DNA of 64,000 nt from Amoebidium appalachense (taxonomy: Eukaryota; Protista; Ichthyosporea), in assembly GCA_963693365.1 (NCBI GenBank), contig CAVNZM010000001.1, forward strand, positions 15,238,418 to 15,302,417, given 5' to 3'. The position numbers were made by a program, and so were the translations under genes. The notes under the pieces are model-generated. The model worked only from the letters and a program-made list of their open reading frames with translations. It made no database searches and was not told the DNA's origin. Positions 28,302-44,569 of the stretch are shown piece after piece (position 1 is the stretch's first letter; every line of letters starts with the position of its first letter).

Positions 28302-30285
28302 CTATGTGGGGAGGTGGTGGTGCGGGGGGGAGTGGGAACTGGACCCGCGGAGCCCGCTCAAAAGCAAGAGGGTCTGGCAAAGTGCAGACTTGCAAGCTGT
28401 TATTGGAGGTAATTTTTTTTTTTTTCATGCTTAGGCTGTTGGATAGGCAGCAAACTAGCGAGAATAAACCATACATGCAAGGAGAAAATAAAGTCACCAT
28501 AAATCACATTGAAAACGTGATGATATGAGGAAGTATTAACTTACCTCTTTGCGGTGGGCCGGTCTGGTTGCCAGAGTAAACTGCTTTGCTGACGTGAATC
28601 AGTAACACTTAGATGTCCCCTCTAATTTCTAGATCTTCCACACATGCACACGGTTGAATGAAGCTAAATTCCGGATCCGGTAGAGCTATTTGAGAGATCT
28701 ATCTGCTGAAAAAGACGCCGAGCAAAAATTGTTGACAGGAAAATGTAATGAGCAATTTTTTACGCTTTATAACCTATAAATAAGTGTTGTTCGGTTTGAC
28801 TTCAGTGAATGTACCGGCTCTCTGCGACAGAGTCATATGCATCCATCTCTCACCCACTCTGACAAACCTCGCAGCTGGCTCTGCTACTGTGGCCCTAAAT
28901 AGCCGTGTATAGGCAGCGTGCTACGAACAATTAAGTTTTTTGACCATACTCATGCACATGGTTCTTACAAACTCACAAAAATTGGCTTTCTGTGCCGAAT
29001 TTTGCGTGGCTTTCGTTTTTTGTTTGGCACTGCCATGCACGGTAGCCGAAAAACTAAAAATAGCTTCTTGAATAGACCCATTTTTAGCTATTCTCTAGAT
29101 ACTATGATTGGCTGGTTGAGCATGCACTGAAACGTGCGTCACACGGTGGCCTACCGAGGCGGAGGCTCGGACGTTAGTGTATGCTGCTACTGGATGAATA
29201 TGGATATCAACAGTGAAGCACCCTACTGTACTGTACTTGTTTTTCTAAGAATTTTAGCTTCCTTCGCAGAAAACAGCTGATTTTTTCCATTGCTTCCACA
29301 TCATGGGAGCACCCGCTCACGTAACTTCGAGTATTTATTGTGTCGACCAATCAATAGGCTTGATGTTTTAAACTCATTGGCATGTGTGGCACATTCTTTT
29401 ATTAGTCTACTTGTGCACTATTGAAGGGCTATTCAGAAGGCTTCGGCAACGTGGCCAAATATCAGCATATCTTACAGGGTTTTTATAATATGTAAAAAAA
29501 TTAATATGTCTATATTTCTAATTGACTTCATTTTGCTGTAATCTTTTCCCATGTTTTTTTACGATGTCTTTTTTGGCGAGATAAGCAGCGCTTAGCATTT
29601 TACTGCGCTCGACTAGCTGATAGTTTTTTATGATAATTATCCAATCAACAGGCGGCAGCACCCTAATACCCAGTAATACTGACATCACCAGGTTGAACCT
29701 CTGGAGGAACCTCCGTGAGTGTAACACAGAACAGGGACAACTTCAAGGGACAAGACGTAACTGTTTTTCTTTGGAAGGCAGCTAGAGTGTCGCCAATTAC
29801 AGGCACAGGATAACAACGATTTTCAATCTGTTTATTTTCCCATATATTAAAGTTTCGGCCGTACAGGCATATACACTTTTATTACACCAGCCGATATCTC
29901 ATTCTTCGAACGCAGTTGCCGGTAAAAGCAGTATACAGTTTAGGCCTTGGAAGGTTGGTGTTCGAGATTACTGCAAGCTACTGTGTGCACAGCCATCCAA
30001 ATCACAAAATGGCGAAACTAAGCAGCATATCGGCGGATCTCTCACGGTGGGGCAGCCGGCTCAAGCGGTCTACTTCACGCAAGTAAGTGTTCTTGCGCTG
30101 TTTCCTTGACACAAACAAGGTGACTAGAGGGTCGAAGTGAATTTGTCTGTGTGAAGTATTTGCTGATGCGTACGTGCCTCTGTGATTTGAACGTGCCTGT
30201 CTGTATAAGCGCGTATGTGAGTGTGATAGTGTCCTGTATTCGCGTGGGCTCTGCCGTGTGCGTACATTTCCCTATGTGCACAGTG

Positions 30286-30328
<43 letters not shown>

Positions 30329-31702
30329 CGTGCATTGTGACATATTATTTGCGGTGCGTGCAGATACGCACGGTCTGTGATGTGTGGAGCGGGCTGTGTG
30401 TGCCCGGCCGATGGAAATTTCCGTCTCTGCATATGTTCCTGTGTTCGTTTGTGTGGGTGGATGCGGGTTCATATGTTCGTGTTATTGATCGTGTGCTTGC
30501 TTGCTTTTATGTGTTTTTGATTGCTTTCCGGAACATCTGTGCTGTTACATTAGCGGCTCATCGCTTTGTTACAAGTGCGTGTACGTGAGAGTTAGTAGAT
30601 CCTGATGTGCACCAGTGTCCATTCTTACTGTGCGAAATGAGTTCTGTGTGGGTGATTGTACGTGTGAATATATGTTAGTTGGTGGGTCTGTGTATACGTG
30701 CACGCCTACTCGTGGCACAGGGTCTGCGAGTGTGTTTTTAGGTGCAGGAATGGACGTTGTGGTTCTGTGCGGGTAGTAGTTGCATTTGGGTTGAGCATGG
30801 AATCGTAATCGTGAATATTTGTTCAAAAGTTCAGTTCTTTGGAAAGATGAAGGTCAAGCAAGTATTTGCAATTGAAGGATAGGGAGCAAAAGGAGTGTTA
30901 AGCTGTTGCTTGTGGGTAAGGTAGAGCAGAGCAAAGCAAACAATAGTAATAGTTGTGGGTAAGGTGGAGCAGAGCAAAGCAAACAATAGTAACAGTAACA
31001 ATCCAGTGAGTAACAGGAGGGGGGGGGGGGGGGGAAGGGATGTATGGCTTTTTCTTTATCCTCTGTGGGACCATGCCTCCCCAAAGCCACCAACTACCAG
31101 CCCCCCCTTCGCCCTTCCCCCCCTCCCCCCACAAACCGGTAGCCACCTGCGCCACCACTATCAAAGCTCTCCCTCTCCATCACTGCCAGACACAAACCCA
31201 CACTCGCACATCAACACTCCATTCTTTTCTTTCTTTTTTTTTTTTTTGGTGAGTCATTGTTGTGTCCGTGTACAGATGCCACTTCATGCCTTAATATGGG
31301 AACTTTTCCTGCACCGTTTGGTTTGGTTACATTCCAATGAATAGTGCTGTTGCACGCTGCTCTCCCCCCTCCTTATTCCCCCCTCCCCCCTCTCTCTCCC
31401 CCCTCCCCCTCCCCTCTTTTTTTTTTTTTTTTTTTCCAAATCTCCCAGACACTGGTTCTTTTTCATGCCTTTTGCTTCTAGCACCATTCTATTCATACTG
31501 TTTTGAATTTAATAAATGATTCTCGGATTTGATCCTCGAATATGGCCCAACCTCGGTCGAAGCGTGTATGTCAAGCTCGAGGATTTCAAAGGCCACGCCA
31601 GAGCCATGTCATACATATCCTTGATTGAATCGTCCTCAGTCGTATGCATGTGACTGGTTTGTGTACCGTGATGTTTGGCCCGTGACGTCCGTGGTTTATG
31701 TA

Positions 31703-32158
<456 letters not shown>

Positions 32159-32485
32159 ACTCACACACTCTCACTCGGGCTCACTCTCTCATGATCACTG
32201 TCACTGACTCACTGTACATGTACAATGTACATGTCCAGCTGCTGTCACATGTATTACTGTACCGTGACATGTGCATAAACGTTAACTAATATTTTTTCTG
32301 CGTCCCAAAAATGATTCCCGCCAAAGATTATGTGTGCAGTGTCACTGGCCATGGCGTGCACACTCGTCGATTGTTTCAAAATTTGCTCATCATCCATAAC
32401 AAAACAGTAAAAAAAATTAGCCAGTGAATATGTGTGCAATGGTCGATATTGTTTCTCAATTGATATTGACATAAATTATCTCGGT

Positions 32486-32823
32486 CAACGGGTGGTTCTC
32501 GAATTTTGAAAATCTCGAAAAATTACACGCACCCTTCCCCGCTCGTGATCGGCGCAAATTTGCCACGAATTCTCTCTCCCTCTCTCTCCCTCTCTCTCCC
32601 TCTCTCTCTCTCCCTCTCTCTCTCTCTCTCTCAGATCTCGTATCTTCTTTTTCGGTCTCGTGCTCGCTCGCAACGGGTGGTTCTCGAATTTTGAAAATCT
32701 CGAAAATTACACGTGCACCCTTCGCCGCTCGCGATTGGCGCGAATTTGCCACGAATTCTCTCTCCCTCTCTCTCCCTCTCCCTCCCTCTCTCTTCCTCTC
32801 TCCCCCTCTCCCTCCCTCCCTCC

Positions 32824-32898
<75 letters not shown>

Positions 32899-33020
32899 AT
32901 CTCGTATATATCTTCTTTTTCGCTCTCGTGCTCGCTCGCAACGGGTGGTTCTCGAAATTTTGAAAATCTCGAAAAATTACACCCACCCTTCCCCGGTAGC
33001 GATTGGCCGCGAATTTGCCA
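32486..33020. repeat. Tandem minisatellite (2 full + 1 partial unit), each full unit enclosing a variable (CT)n tract
   Basis: Units start CAACGGGTGGTTCTCGAA at 32486, 32671 and 32939. Confidence 0.9.
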
Positions 33021-34372
33021 GTAAATTGCCGGAGCTCGAGCCAAGACTCCCATCAGACACTCCCGTCGTGGCTCCCCGAGGTGACCAAGACAAATAGAAG
33101 CAGAAATGCAAGTCACTGAGGTATTTTATTGTTGTCCTAAGTAAATAGTATCTGTTCTGATCAGAAAACCCCCAGTAAATTCGCCAGTAGGTTTCCTTCG
33201 AAAAATGACACGCACCTGACCTTGGTCGATGAAAGAATCACACGTACATAGTCTGTGGTGGGCACTGGTGGCATTTAACGCGCTGCTGTCTCTCTCTCCC
33301 TCTCTCTCTGACACTATCTCCCTTCCTCTCTCCATGTCTCTTTCTCTACATCTCTCTATCTCTTTACTCTCTCTCCCTCTCCCCCTCTCCCTCGAGCTCT
33401 CTCTCTTTCCCGGGCTCAAGGCTTCTCCTCTCTCGCAACTGTTACACTGAGAATGTTCCAGACCCTTGATCAGCCCCAGTTTTCTCCCTTTCTCTGGATG
33501 TCTCTCGATCTCGCGCTCGCGCTCGCCGATCGGATCAGAACACCACAGATCTAATTGTTTGTCTAAATGCGATTGGTCCTCGAGGAAATTACATGCAGCT
33601 GCCAAGGCCACTGATCGCTCGTAATTTTTTAATTGGCCAAAAATGTCTCCAGCCAATCAAACCCAAATTGGAACGCTGCGACCTACGATTCAATTGATTC
33701 GAGCGCCCTGATTGGCTGTACAATCTTTTTTTTCTCTCTCTCTTTCTTGGCATCTCACGTGAGACCGGGTCTCCCCTTCCCCCAAACCCCTATCCCCCAA
33801 AACCCAACCTCTGACCGAGGTTGGGAATTAGATGCAGTGTGGTTTCATTCAGTTTCCGTGTATGATCTGCACTTGTACCCGAAAACCCCCCCACCTCCCC
33901 CCGTGGGGCAGCACACCTCACTCGGAACCAAATTTTGTTCGTTGGGTATGTTGTTCATCTTGTTGGCACGGATCAGTTTATCGCCAGTAACATACATGTT
34001 CATCAAGTTTTTTTTTGTTGACAATCTACATATAACACCATGTTTGGCACACTAACCTATATACCATTTGCTAGCATACTGACATAAAGTTCACCAATTT
34101 TGACCTTCATATTCACCATTTGCAATAGTACTGACCTACATTATTCTCCATTTCCTAAACTTGTGATATACCAGACCTACATATTCACCATAAGCTCTAA
34201 TACTGACGTGCATATTCACCCTCCCCTTCAGGTTAAGCCGCACACTTACTTCTTTCAGCTCCGTCACCCCAGCCAACATGAACATGGCTCCTTCGCGCTA
34301 TTCCAGTCTGGACAGTAAAACAATACCGAAAAATGCCCCACCTGTGTGAGTGCCGCTATCCGTCCCCCCCAT

Positions 34373-34470
<98 letters not shown>

Positions 34471-34611
34471 ACATACACACAAGGAGAGAAAGTAGTTGGG
34501 AGGCAGGGAGGGGGTGAAGGGAGGAGGGGGGGGGGGGGGGGAGGGGGGGAGTTAGAGGGGAGAGAGAAAAACGGGAGAGAGAGAAAGAGAGAGTGTGTGT
34601 GTGGAAGAGAG

Positions 34612-34684
<73 letters not shown>

Positions 34685-34690
34685 GCACAA

Positions 34691-34762
<72 letters not shown>

Positions 34763-35715
34763 AGGGAGAGGGAGAGGGAGAGGGAGAGGGAGAGGGAGAG
34801 GGAGAGAGAGAGAGACTTGCACAAGCACGGCCCATGCACAAGCACACACTTGTAGATGGCTGTGAACTCTTCCAGATGGATTCTGCTGTTTGTTGTGTGT
34901 AGACTTATTGTGTCCACGTCTGAACTCGGGGTTTGAGAACTCGTGTTTTTTTATATCCGTGTTCTTGTGGTGTGCAGCATAATCTCCCCCCCCCCCCCCC
35001 CCCCTCCCCTTGCGGTGTTTTAGTCTTAATGGTTTGTTTTCCTTTTCTTGGCCTCCATGTTATTCACCACCTGATGTATACATCCCCCTCCTCTCCCCCC
35101 TCTCTTCCCACCCGTGCCTCTCCCCAGGCGCCATACACGCAGTATCTCTGAACTTCTTTTTAACCAATTCCTGAAATGTACTACATATGCCAAAAAAAGG
35201 GGGGGGGGGAGGGGGGAGAGGGGGCGGTGGGGTGGGTGGGGTTGTTGGAGCATAAAGATTGAAGTTATAAACGCACAAGACATCACAACATAAAGGAAGA
35301 CATCAGCACCGCTGTGTGTACATATTGATGTGTGTATGTGGTGTACCAATGTGTATCCAGCCGTTTAGCACCTTTTTTTTTCGATGGATTTGGTTCTCGA
35401 TGTATTCAAGTGACCGGCTTTTGCTGCTCGAAAAACCAGCAGTGTTTGGTATATCACGTGCATGGAAAATGCAAACTAAAAAAAGGGCAGGGAAAGAAAG
35501 GAAACCTCAGGGACGGTTGGTGCAACGTTGTCGAAAAAGGGCACCCCGGGGGGGGGGGGGGGGGGGGGGGAGGGTCGATCCTAGGAAGGTAATAAAAGAA
35601 ATGAGAAATGAGGTGTGAAGCAAATGGAGATGGTGTATGTCTGGGAGAGGAAGGTTGTTGATATTGTTATTGTTGTTTGGGGGATGGGAAGGGAGGAGGA
35701 GGAGGGAGGTATAAG

Positions 35716-35806
<91 letters not shown>

Positions 35807-35942
35807 TGTGTGTGTGTGTGTGCGCGTGCGCGTGCGTGCACGTGTGTGCATGTGTGGGTGTGTGTGCATGTGCATATGTGTGTGCGTGTGCGTGGGCATG
35901 TGTGCACGCATGTGTGTGTATGTGTGTGCGCTCACCTGCGTG

Positions 35943-36001
<59 letters not shown>

Positions 36002-36093
36002 TGTGTGTGCGCGCATGCTTGCCCACGTGTGTTTCGGAGGAGGGGGAAGCAAACCGTGTGTGCATGAAACTGACATGGGTAACACATGTGCAG

Positions 36094-37540
<1,447 letters not shown>

Positions 37541-37737
37541 GGCACACACACGCACACACGGACACACGCGCACACCTCTTTGTGATAGTTTATTGCATGT
37601 TGTTAGACGTGTGTACGGTACAGTGTGCACATATTCTCTCTCGGTGAACTCCTCTGATGCTCTCTCTCTCGATCTCTCAATTGTGAGTGTCTGTCTCTCC
37701 TTTGTCTCTCTTTTTGTTTTCTGTCTCAGGCTCCTTT

Positions 37738-37846
<109 letters not shown>

Positions 37847-38189
37847 ACGTACGCGCACGTGCGTGCATACATGGGAGCACGTGTATATGTACATATATCT
37901 TGTTGGCATTCCTTTTCGCTTTCTTGTCTGGGGCCAGATTTTCGATTGCTTATGCTTGTGGGCCTGAGATGAAGTTCTTGTAACAACACCGTTTACTGCA
38001 TACATTTTCACACATACACGAATTGGGCACTGACACATGCAACTGATCCCGTTTGGGTGAGGACAGACGTATGATTGTGATTTTGCCTGTTTGTTTCAGT
38101 CCACGTACAGTTGTTCCCTTTTGGATAAGTCAGAAGACATGCAGACACCCGCACGGCTACACCGAACACACACTTATTTACATACGCAT

Positions 38190-38381
<192 letters not shown>

Positions 38382-38832
38382 ACACATGTGCACAGTTTTT
38401 AGATTGTCTCAGCGAATGACACATAATTTTTTGTAACGTCTGCCATTCAACATGGAGATAAAATTTTCAAAGTGGTGATTCAACCCAAGTTACCCGCATG
38501 CCGTATATGCATACTTCGTAGGTGAATAACCACATGTGGTGAATAACCACATTTCAATGTTAACATTCTTACATGGACTGTGTTGATAGTCTGTTGTATC
38601 CCCATAAGGCGGCACGTTCATGTACATGTTAGTTTATCTGATTAACATCAGTGTCGAGAATAATGAGAATACATGTACATGTACTTTACGTGCGTGGATG
38701 ACTCAATCTGCACTACTGAGGAATCACTAACATATATGTATATGGAGCAGTTTGTACCGTGGCCAATGGGCTTCACTCGCCGACCTTCACACATACACAT
38801 GGCAGTGGCCACATAGCTAAGACCGTTTACGC

Positions 38833-38884
<52 letters not shown>

Positions 38885-39933
38885 ACACCGTGTTGGGCCA
38901 CCCACCCACCCATGTACACATACCTATACACACACACACACACACATGCACAAACACACACGCACGGCGCACACACATTCACCGTAGGCTACAAATGTCA
39001 TGCACTTGTAGCCTCCTTCTTTGGGCTACTCCCTCAGGTCTGGATATAATAGATGTCCACCATACAATACAGTGACATACCCCCCTGCCCCCTCTCCTCC
39101 CCTCTTCCCAGCACAGCACACACATGCGTACCCGCGCCCGCACACACACGCACACGCACACACACACACACACATGCCACCCCACCCTGCCGGTACCCAA
39201 CACCGTCCCGTCCCAGTCACTACAGCACCCACATCCATTTAGGATGCGCACGTCTCTCCTAGAATTCACTGTTCCTAGATTGCCAAAAAAAAAAAAAAAA
39301 AAAAAAAAAGAGAACAGAAAGAAATCCAAAAGACCGAACACGACCCTGGCATGGAAAAAACGGGGCCCGAAAACCCCTCTTTTCTTATCCTTTTACCCCG
39401 CGTGCTGGCAACTCTGTTTGCTCCGATAGCACTACGAGCTGAGCCTCGAGTGTGCCATAGGGAGTGAGAATGACGGTGTGCGCACAGACGGGTGGTGGTG
39501 GTGGCAGTGTGCGTGTGCATGCGAGTGGGTGGAGTGGGTGGATAGGGTGATTCTGTTTGTGCACGCGAGGTGGTGATGGTGGTAGTGTGTGTGTGTGTGC
39601 ATGTGAGGGGGGGGAGACGGGGGGGAAGTTTATAGCACACACGGGAGAAACTTCATATCAGCCAGAAATATAAGACAAGAAAAATTAGCTCTTTATTTTA
39701 TCGGCAACCCTTGACTTGCAAGGTTCGGCACTACGGCACTACTTATATTAGAACACATATCACTCAAACGGTATCAAAACTGTTGATGCTTGTTGTTGCT
39801 AAATTACAAATTAGTCAGCGTGCCTTAAACAACACAAATTTATTCTGGAAGCAACTGCTCATACTTGAAAATCTGTAAGCAGCATCGATGTTATCATCAG
39901 CGAGGGGGGCAGGCTTGGGGGGCGCAACTCTGC

Positions 39934-40662
39934 CTACAACCTCTGGGGCACGGGCCTTGCTCCAGCACGACCGCGGGGCTGGATGGCCACAGGCGCTTGG
40001 GCAGTCGCAGCAACGGGGGCGGTGATGGGAGGAGGAACAATCCCACCAGAGAGGAGAAGGGGCTTGGTTTGAGCCCGAGGGAGGGGTTTGGTCTGGGGCA
40101 CGGTGGGGGCAGGCGCAACGAATCCATCAGACAAGGCCAGGGGTTTGGTCTGCGGGCGAACGGGGGGAACAGGGGGGCGCGCCTGAATGTTTGCGCGTGC
40201 ATCTACGGCCTGGGCCGGGAGCCTGTCCTGCGCCTGCTGCGGAAGGTTGGAAGTTGGGATGAATGCCCCTACGGCTGGGCGGCCGCGCTGACGGTCAAGG
40301 AGGGCCTGACCCACGCGAGAGTTGCCGCGCAGGGGGGGCTTTTCCTTCTCAACTTTCACATCTCCCGTGGAAAGGTCAACCGTCTCCTCCACGCCGGCAC
40401 CGGCAGAGCCAGAAGAGCCAGAGGCCGGGGCAATGACGACCACTGCAGCAGGTTCGTCGGGAGCAGGTGCGATAACTTGAGCGGCAGGTGCGATGACTTG
40501 AGGGGCGGGGGCGATGACCTGAGGGGCGGGCGCGATGACCTGAGGGGCGGTTGCAAGGAGTTGAGGGGCAGCCACATCAATGTCATCGGCCAGCTGACGG
40601 ACGTGAGGGGCAGCGGAGACAAAGGCGGCACCGGCCAGGGAAACGAGCAGGGAGGTCTTCAT
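39934..40662 (-). CDS. Secreted Pro/Ala/Val-rich repeat protein (242 aa, intronless)
   Basis: Signal peptide MKTSLLVSLAGAAFVSA, tandem 21-nt APQVIAP units, three QTKPL motifs and strong C-ending codon bias. Confidence 0.85.
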   Translation of the reverse strand: MKTSLLVSLAGAAFVSAAPHVRQLADDIDVAAPQLLATAPQVIAPAPQVIAPAPQVIAPAAQVIAPAPDEPAAVVVIAPASGSSGSAGAGVEETVDLSTGDVKVEKEKPPLRGNSRVGQALLDRQRGRPAVGAFIPTSNLPQQAQDRLPAQAVDARANIQARPPVPPVRPQTKPLALSDGFVAPAPTVPQTKPLPRAQTKPLLLSGGIVPPPITAPVAATAQAPVAIQPRGRAGARPVPQRL

Positions 40663-41646
40663 TTTGGTGGGTGGAGTTGGAGGGAAAGGGAAAGAGAAAA
40701 ATTTGAGTTTGGAAGCTTAGATGTTGGGAAAACGTGTGGAAGATCGTTGTAGTTTCGGAGTCTGGCTCGTGCTTCCAACAGTTCAACGGGGCACTGAGTC
40801 GCTGGTGGAAGTTGTGGGCCAGGTTTTGTTTTGCCTTCCAAAATAACTTGAATCCATTTTGCGTGAATATGGTTGGTGGATCTGAACTGGAATCCAGCTG
40901 TGCATACCATGCATCCAGGTCCACCTGACAGTCTAATTCGGGGCTCGAGCTGTCGGGAGAGAACAAAGAAAAAAAAGGGAAGAAAGGGGTAAAAAACAGG
41001 CATTATTTATTCCTCCACAGGTTAAGTATTCAAAAGATTAGAAAAGGCGCTAAATGTATATATATCCGCACCGCGTACTGCTGGATGTATGTACGGACGG
41101 CGTCTACCGGTGGTCGTCCGTGAATATGCTACGTAGCTTCCTGATCATGTCTTTTTTCGAGCCTTTCTCATGTATGGCTTCTCTAGCCACCACATTTTCA
41201 ATTTTTTAGCTACATTTGTCTCTATTTGTAGGTTATTCATATATTTTCTGTATGCTCCCTTTTTTGTTGCCCAATCCTCAACGTCGAAGGCTCTGCTCCG
41301 CGATCGAGGCTACATAACCGTGAATAATTTGTGATCTATCGATGAAAGTTACATTTCCAACTACCGTCAACAACTTGTATTGATATGGGAAAATATAACC
41401 ACAATGTTACCACATCATATGACATATGTAAGTAAATATTACAGTGGGGTTCAAATTTGAGAGCACCCTTTCCCCGAAAAGGCACTTGACAACCTTCTAT
41501 TATGTGAAAGCGTCGATACAACAGTAAACCGCTCGAATTTGGGACGATTTGAATCCCGTCATAAATTTGGGACACTTTTGATTGGCCCTCGGCGCATCAC
41601 CCGGACTTGGGTCCATTAATGATTACGTTTTTCCCGCCCTTTTTGC

Positions 41647-43689
41647 ATGCCAGCGTGTCTGGTTGGCTGCCCAACCCGGCAGCCAAGTTTGAAAATAAAG
41701 GGCCGTTTTCTACCAACCACCACAGCAGAGCAAAACACATCCTCTTTCGAAAACATAGGAACTCCTCATCCTCACTCTAAGGATTTCCTCTCACGTAGCC
41801 TCACATCTTTCATATGCTTTGTACTTTTACTGCCCATTTATCACACACCCTTGCCCCACAGACAGAATTCGGGGTTCCCAACATTGAGTGCACAAGGGCA
41901 GAAAAGGCGCAAGCCCACAGCAGAGGAGATAGAGGCAGCGTTTCTAGAACACAAAAATAAAACACATGAAGAGAGATGTAATTTAGCTGCAGGACACGTC
42001 AAGCATAATATTTATTCTTACAGGAAAGCAGTTGAAGTTTTTGGGGTAGCACGCACCACCATTGAGAATCACCTTAAGGGCAAAGTTAGTAGGCACGGGG
42101 CCGGAAGGCCCTCAGCACTCACTTATGAACAAGAGAGAGGTGTGATATGTGGATCTTTGAGAGGCAGGATGCGAATCTCTCCGCATCTGTTCGTGAAATC
42201 AAACAGAAACTAGTAGAAACTGCAAAAGAACACGGGGTACCCTCTAAGGACGACAGACCATCTGATGGGTTCTGGAATGCTTTCAAAAAACGACACCCAG
42301 ACTTCACTTTGAGGGTGCCTTTGCTAGCTGATGACCGGCACGATGCAGCAACAACACCAAGCATCATTCGTCACTACTTTGACATTGTCCGCAAAGTGAT
42401 GGTAACCTTTTTTGGCGGTCGATTCCTTCCCCGCCAAGTCCTCAACCTGGACGAAACCCCACAGAGAATCCGCTACGTACCCAGACTAGCCGGTGCTAAA
42501 AAGGGCAGCAGGGCAGTCCGACGTCGCATCATCGGAAACGGCAAAGAAAACGTCATCATCATTCCATTTGGCAATGTTGCAGGTGAACTTCTCGGTGTCA
42601 TCGTGATTCTCAAAGGCGCGCGAGTCAAGAAAGCAACAACCGAAGCCTGTACCATCGATAACGTGTACTTTACCGCATTTCCAAACGGCCTCAACAACAC
42701 CAAGATTTTCGACCATTGCTCTGGTCAAAATTCTGAAGAACCAACCCGACCCAGGCCCCACATGGTACTGGTCGACAGACATCACTCGCGCGAGTCATCT
42801 TTCGCCTCGCGCGAGTCATCTTTCGCCCTCAGGCAATGAAGAAGGAATACAGGAACCTCTACTGCAAGTTTGTCGCGGCAAACCCAACCCTCAAGAAGTT
42901 TACTTATGCACATTTCATCGCGCTGTACTCCCGTGCGTTCAACGGTAAATTCACCAAACCATCGATAGTGAGTGCGTTCGCCAAAAATGGCTTCAGACAG
43001 GAGAACGGAGAGGTAGTTGTGGATGAGGAGAGAGTTCAAGCATCACTGCCCCTCAAGCATCGTGCGGCTACTGCAAACCTCCCCCCGCCCGAAATCACTT
43101 CGAAAGAGCTCAGGTGGACTGAGGAGGAGGAATCTCATGAGGGGGACAACGCAGAGGAAAGCAAGGAGGTGCCTGAACCGGAAAATGAATACGAATACGG
43201 AAACGAAAACCACCCCGAAATCGAAAATGAAAACCCCCCCGAAAATGAAAACGAAAATACACAGGAGGCGGAGATGACACGTTGCCCACCTACAAAACAG
43301 ACGGAAATGGACAGCAGCGTGCGATTCTGTGGACACGCGAAACCTTTCTCAAGGAACTTGAGGAGAGAGAGAAACGCAAGCAGCAGAAGGAAGATGGAAA
43401 GAAACAGCGCGCAGAGGAGAGGGAACGAAGGAAGGCGGAGAGTCTACAAGAACAGGAGGAGAAAAAGAGAGCGCAAGAGGAGAAAGCAAGAGAGAGAGTA
43501 AAGAGAAAAGCAGAGGAGGCAGCCGTGAAAGAGGCAAGGAAAAAAGAGAGGGAGGAAAAGAAAAAAGAAAAAGAGCTGAGGGCACAGGAAGAGAAGGAAA
43601 GGAAGGCACAGGAGGGAGGACGAAAAGGGAGATCCAAACCGACACAACCAGGGAAGCCCAAGAAGAAAAAGAGGAAGGAGAAGAGCTGA
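41647..43689 (+). pseudogene. pogo/Fot1-like (Tc1-mariner superfamily) DDE transposase, frameshifted and internally deleted
   Basis: HTH-psq (SYRKAVEVFGVARTTIENHL), GRPSALT linker, CENP-B HTH (PSDGFWNAFKKRHP), VLNLDET and VLVDRHHSR motifs, and a Lys/Glu-rich tail. There are several frame changes, and the QPLD third-acidic-residue block is missing where a 21-bp duplication sits (42785-42827). No convincing TIRs. Confidence 0.85.
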
Positions 43690-44257
43690 GCTGAAAACGC
43701 AGTAGGCCGTCGAATGTGGCTGGAGTGTCCACGCAATAAAAAGTGTGTAAACCCCTACAGAGAAGACAATAAAAACTTCACGAGTTATCCAGTAACAAGT
43801 GCATGATACTGAGATACCTGAACACTGTGTGAAAATCATATAAATACTCAACGTGACGACCAACAGAATTCAACAAAAAGTCTAAAGTGTTCACATTGCC
43901 AGCTAGTGTACTGAGCAGACATTTGTAGGGAAAGAGGTAAAGTTCACATTGCCAGCTAGTGTACTGAGCAGACATTTGTAGGGAAAGAGGTAAAACGCGA
44001 CATAAAAACTCACACCTATCAACATGCTTGCGATTAAAAAGTTCAGCACAAAAGTGGCACCAGCGGCGATGAAAATTGTAACTTAATGTCAACAAAAAGC
44101 CCCCAAAACCTTAAGATTATGTCAAAAGGTTCCCCAATTTTACCATTACGGTGGCCAAAATTCATTTTACTTGACTGCTGAGTGCTGGATAACCGAGCGA
44201 ACTATCCCATGCATGAAAATAATAAACTATCACCGAATTCCCACCCCAGCTGGTGCT

Positions 44258-44300
<43 letters not shown>

Positions 44301-44316
44301 ATATGTACACTCCACT

Positions 44317-44349
<33 letters not shown>

Positions 44350-44569
44350 CTATATGTACACTCCACTATCCGGCCACGTACCCTACGCAGGAAGGGTAGT
44401 GTACCCCAGCCTCTTCCAGGCGGGGTATTTTTTTCTGGCAGTGGGGTATTTTTTAGGGTATTTTTGGGGTTTTGTCTAACCGGCCTGGGCCCCGATATGC
44501 GGAGTGGCTGGCGACTCCACCGGAGGTACGTACGGCTGGACCATAGTGTGACTATGAATAGTTTTAATT

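Noticed and set aside
32486-33020. CRISPR-like repeat-spacer array
   Set aside because: The repeats are too long, the spacers are plain (CT)n, there are no cas genes, and the context is eukaryotic.
41520-44155. Terminal inverted repeats for the pogo-like relic
   Set aside because: The candidate ends match only loosely, so boundaries are not called.
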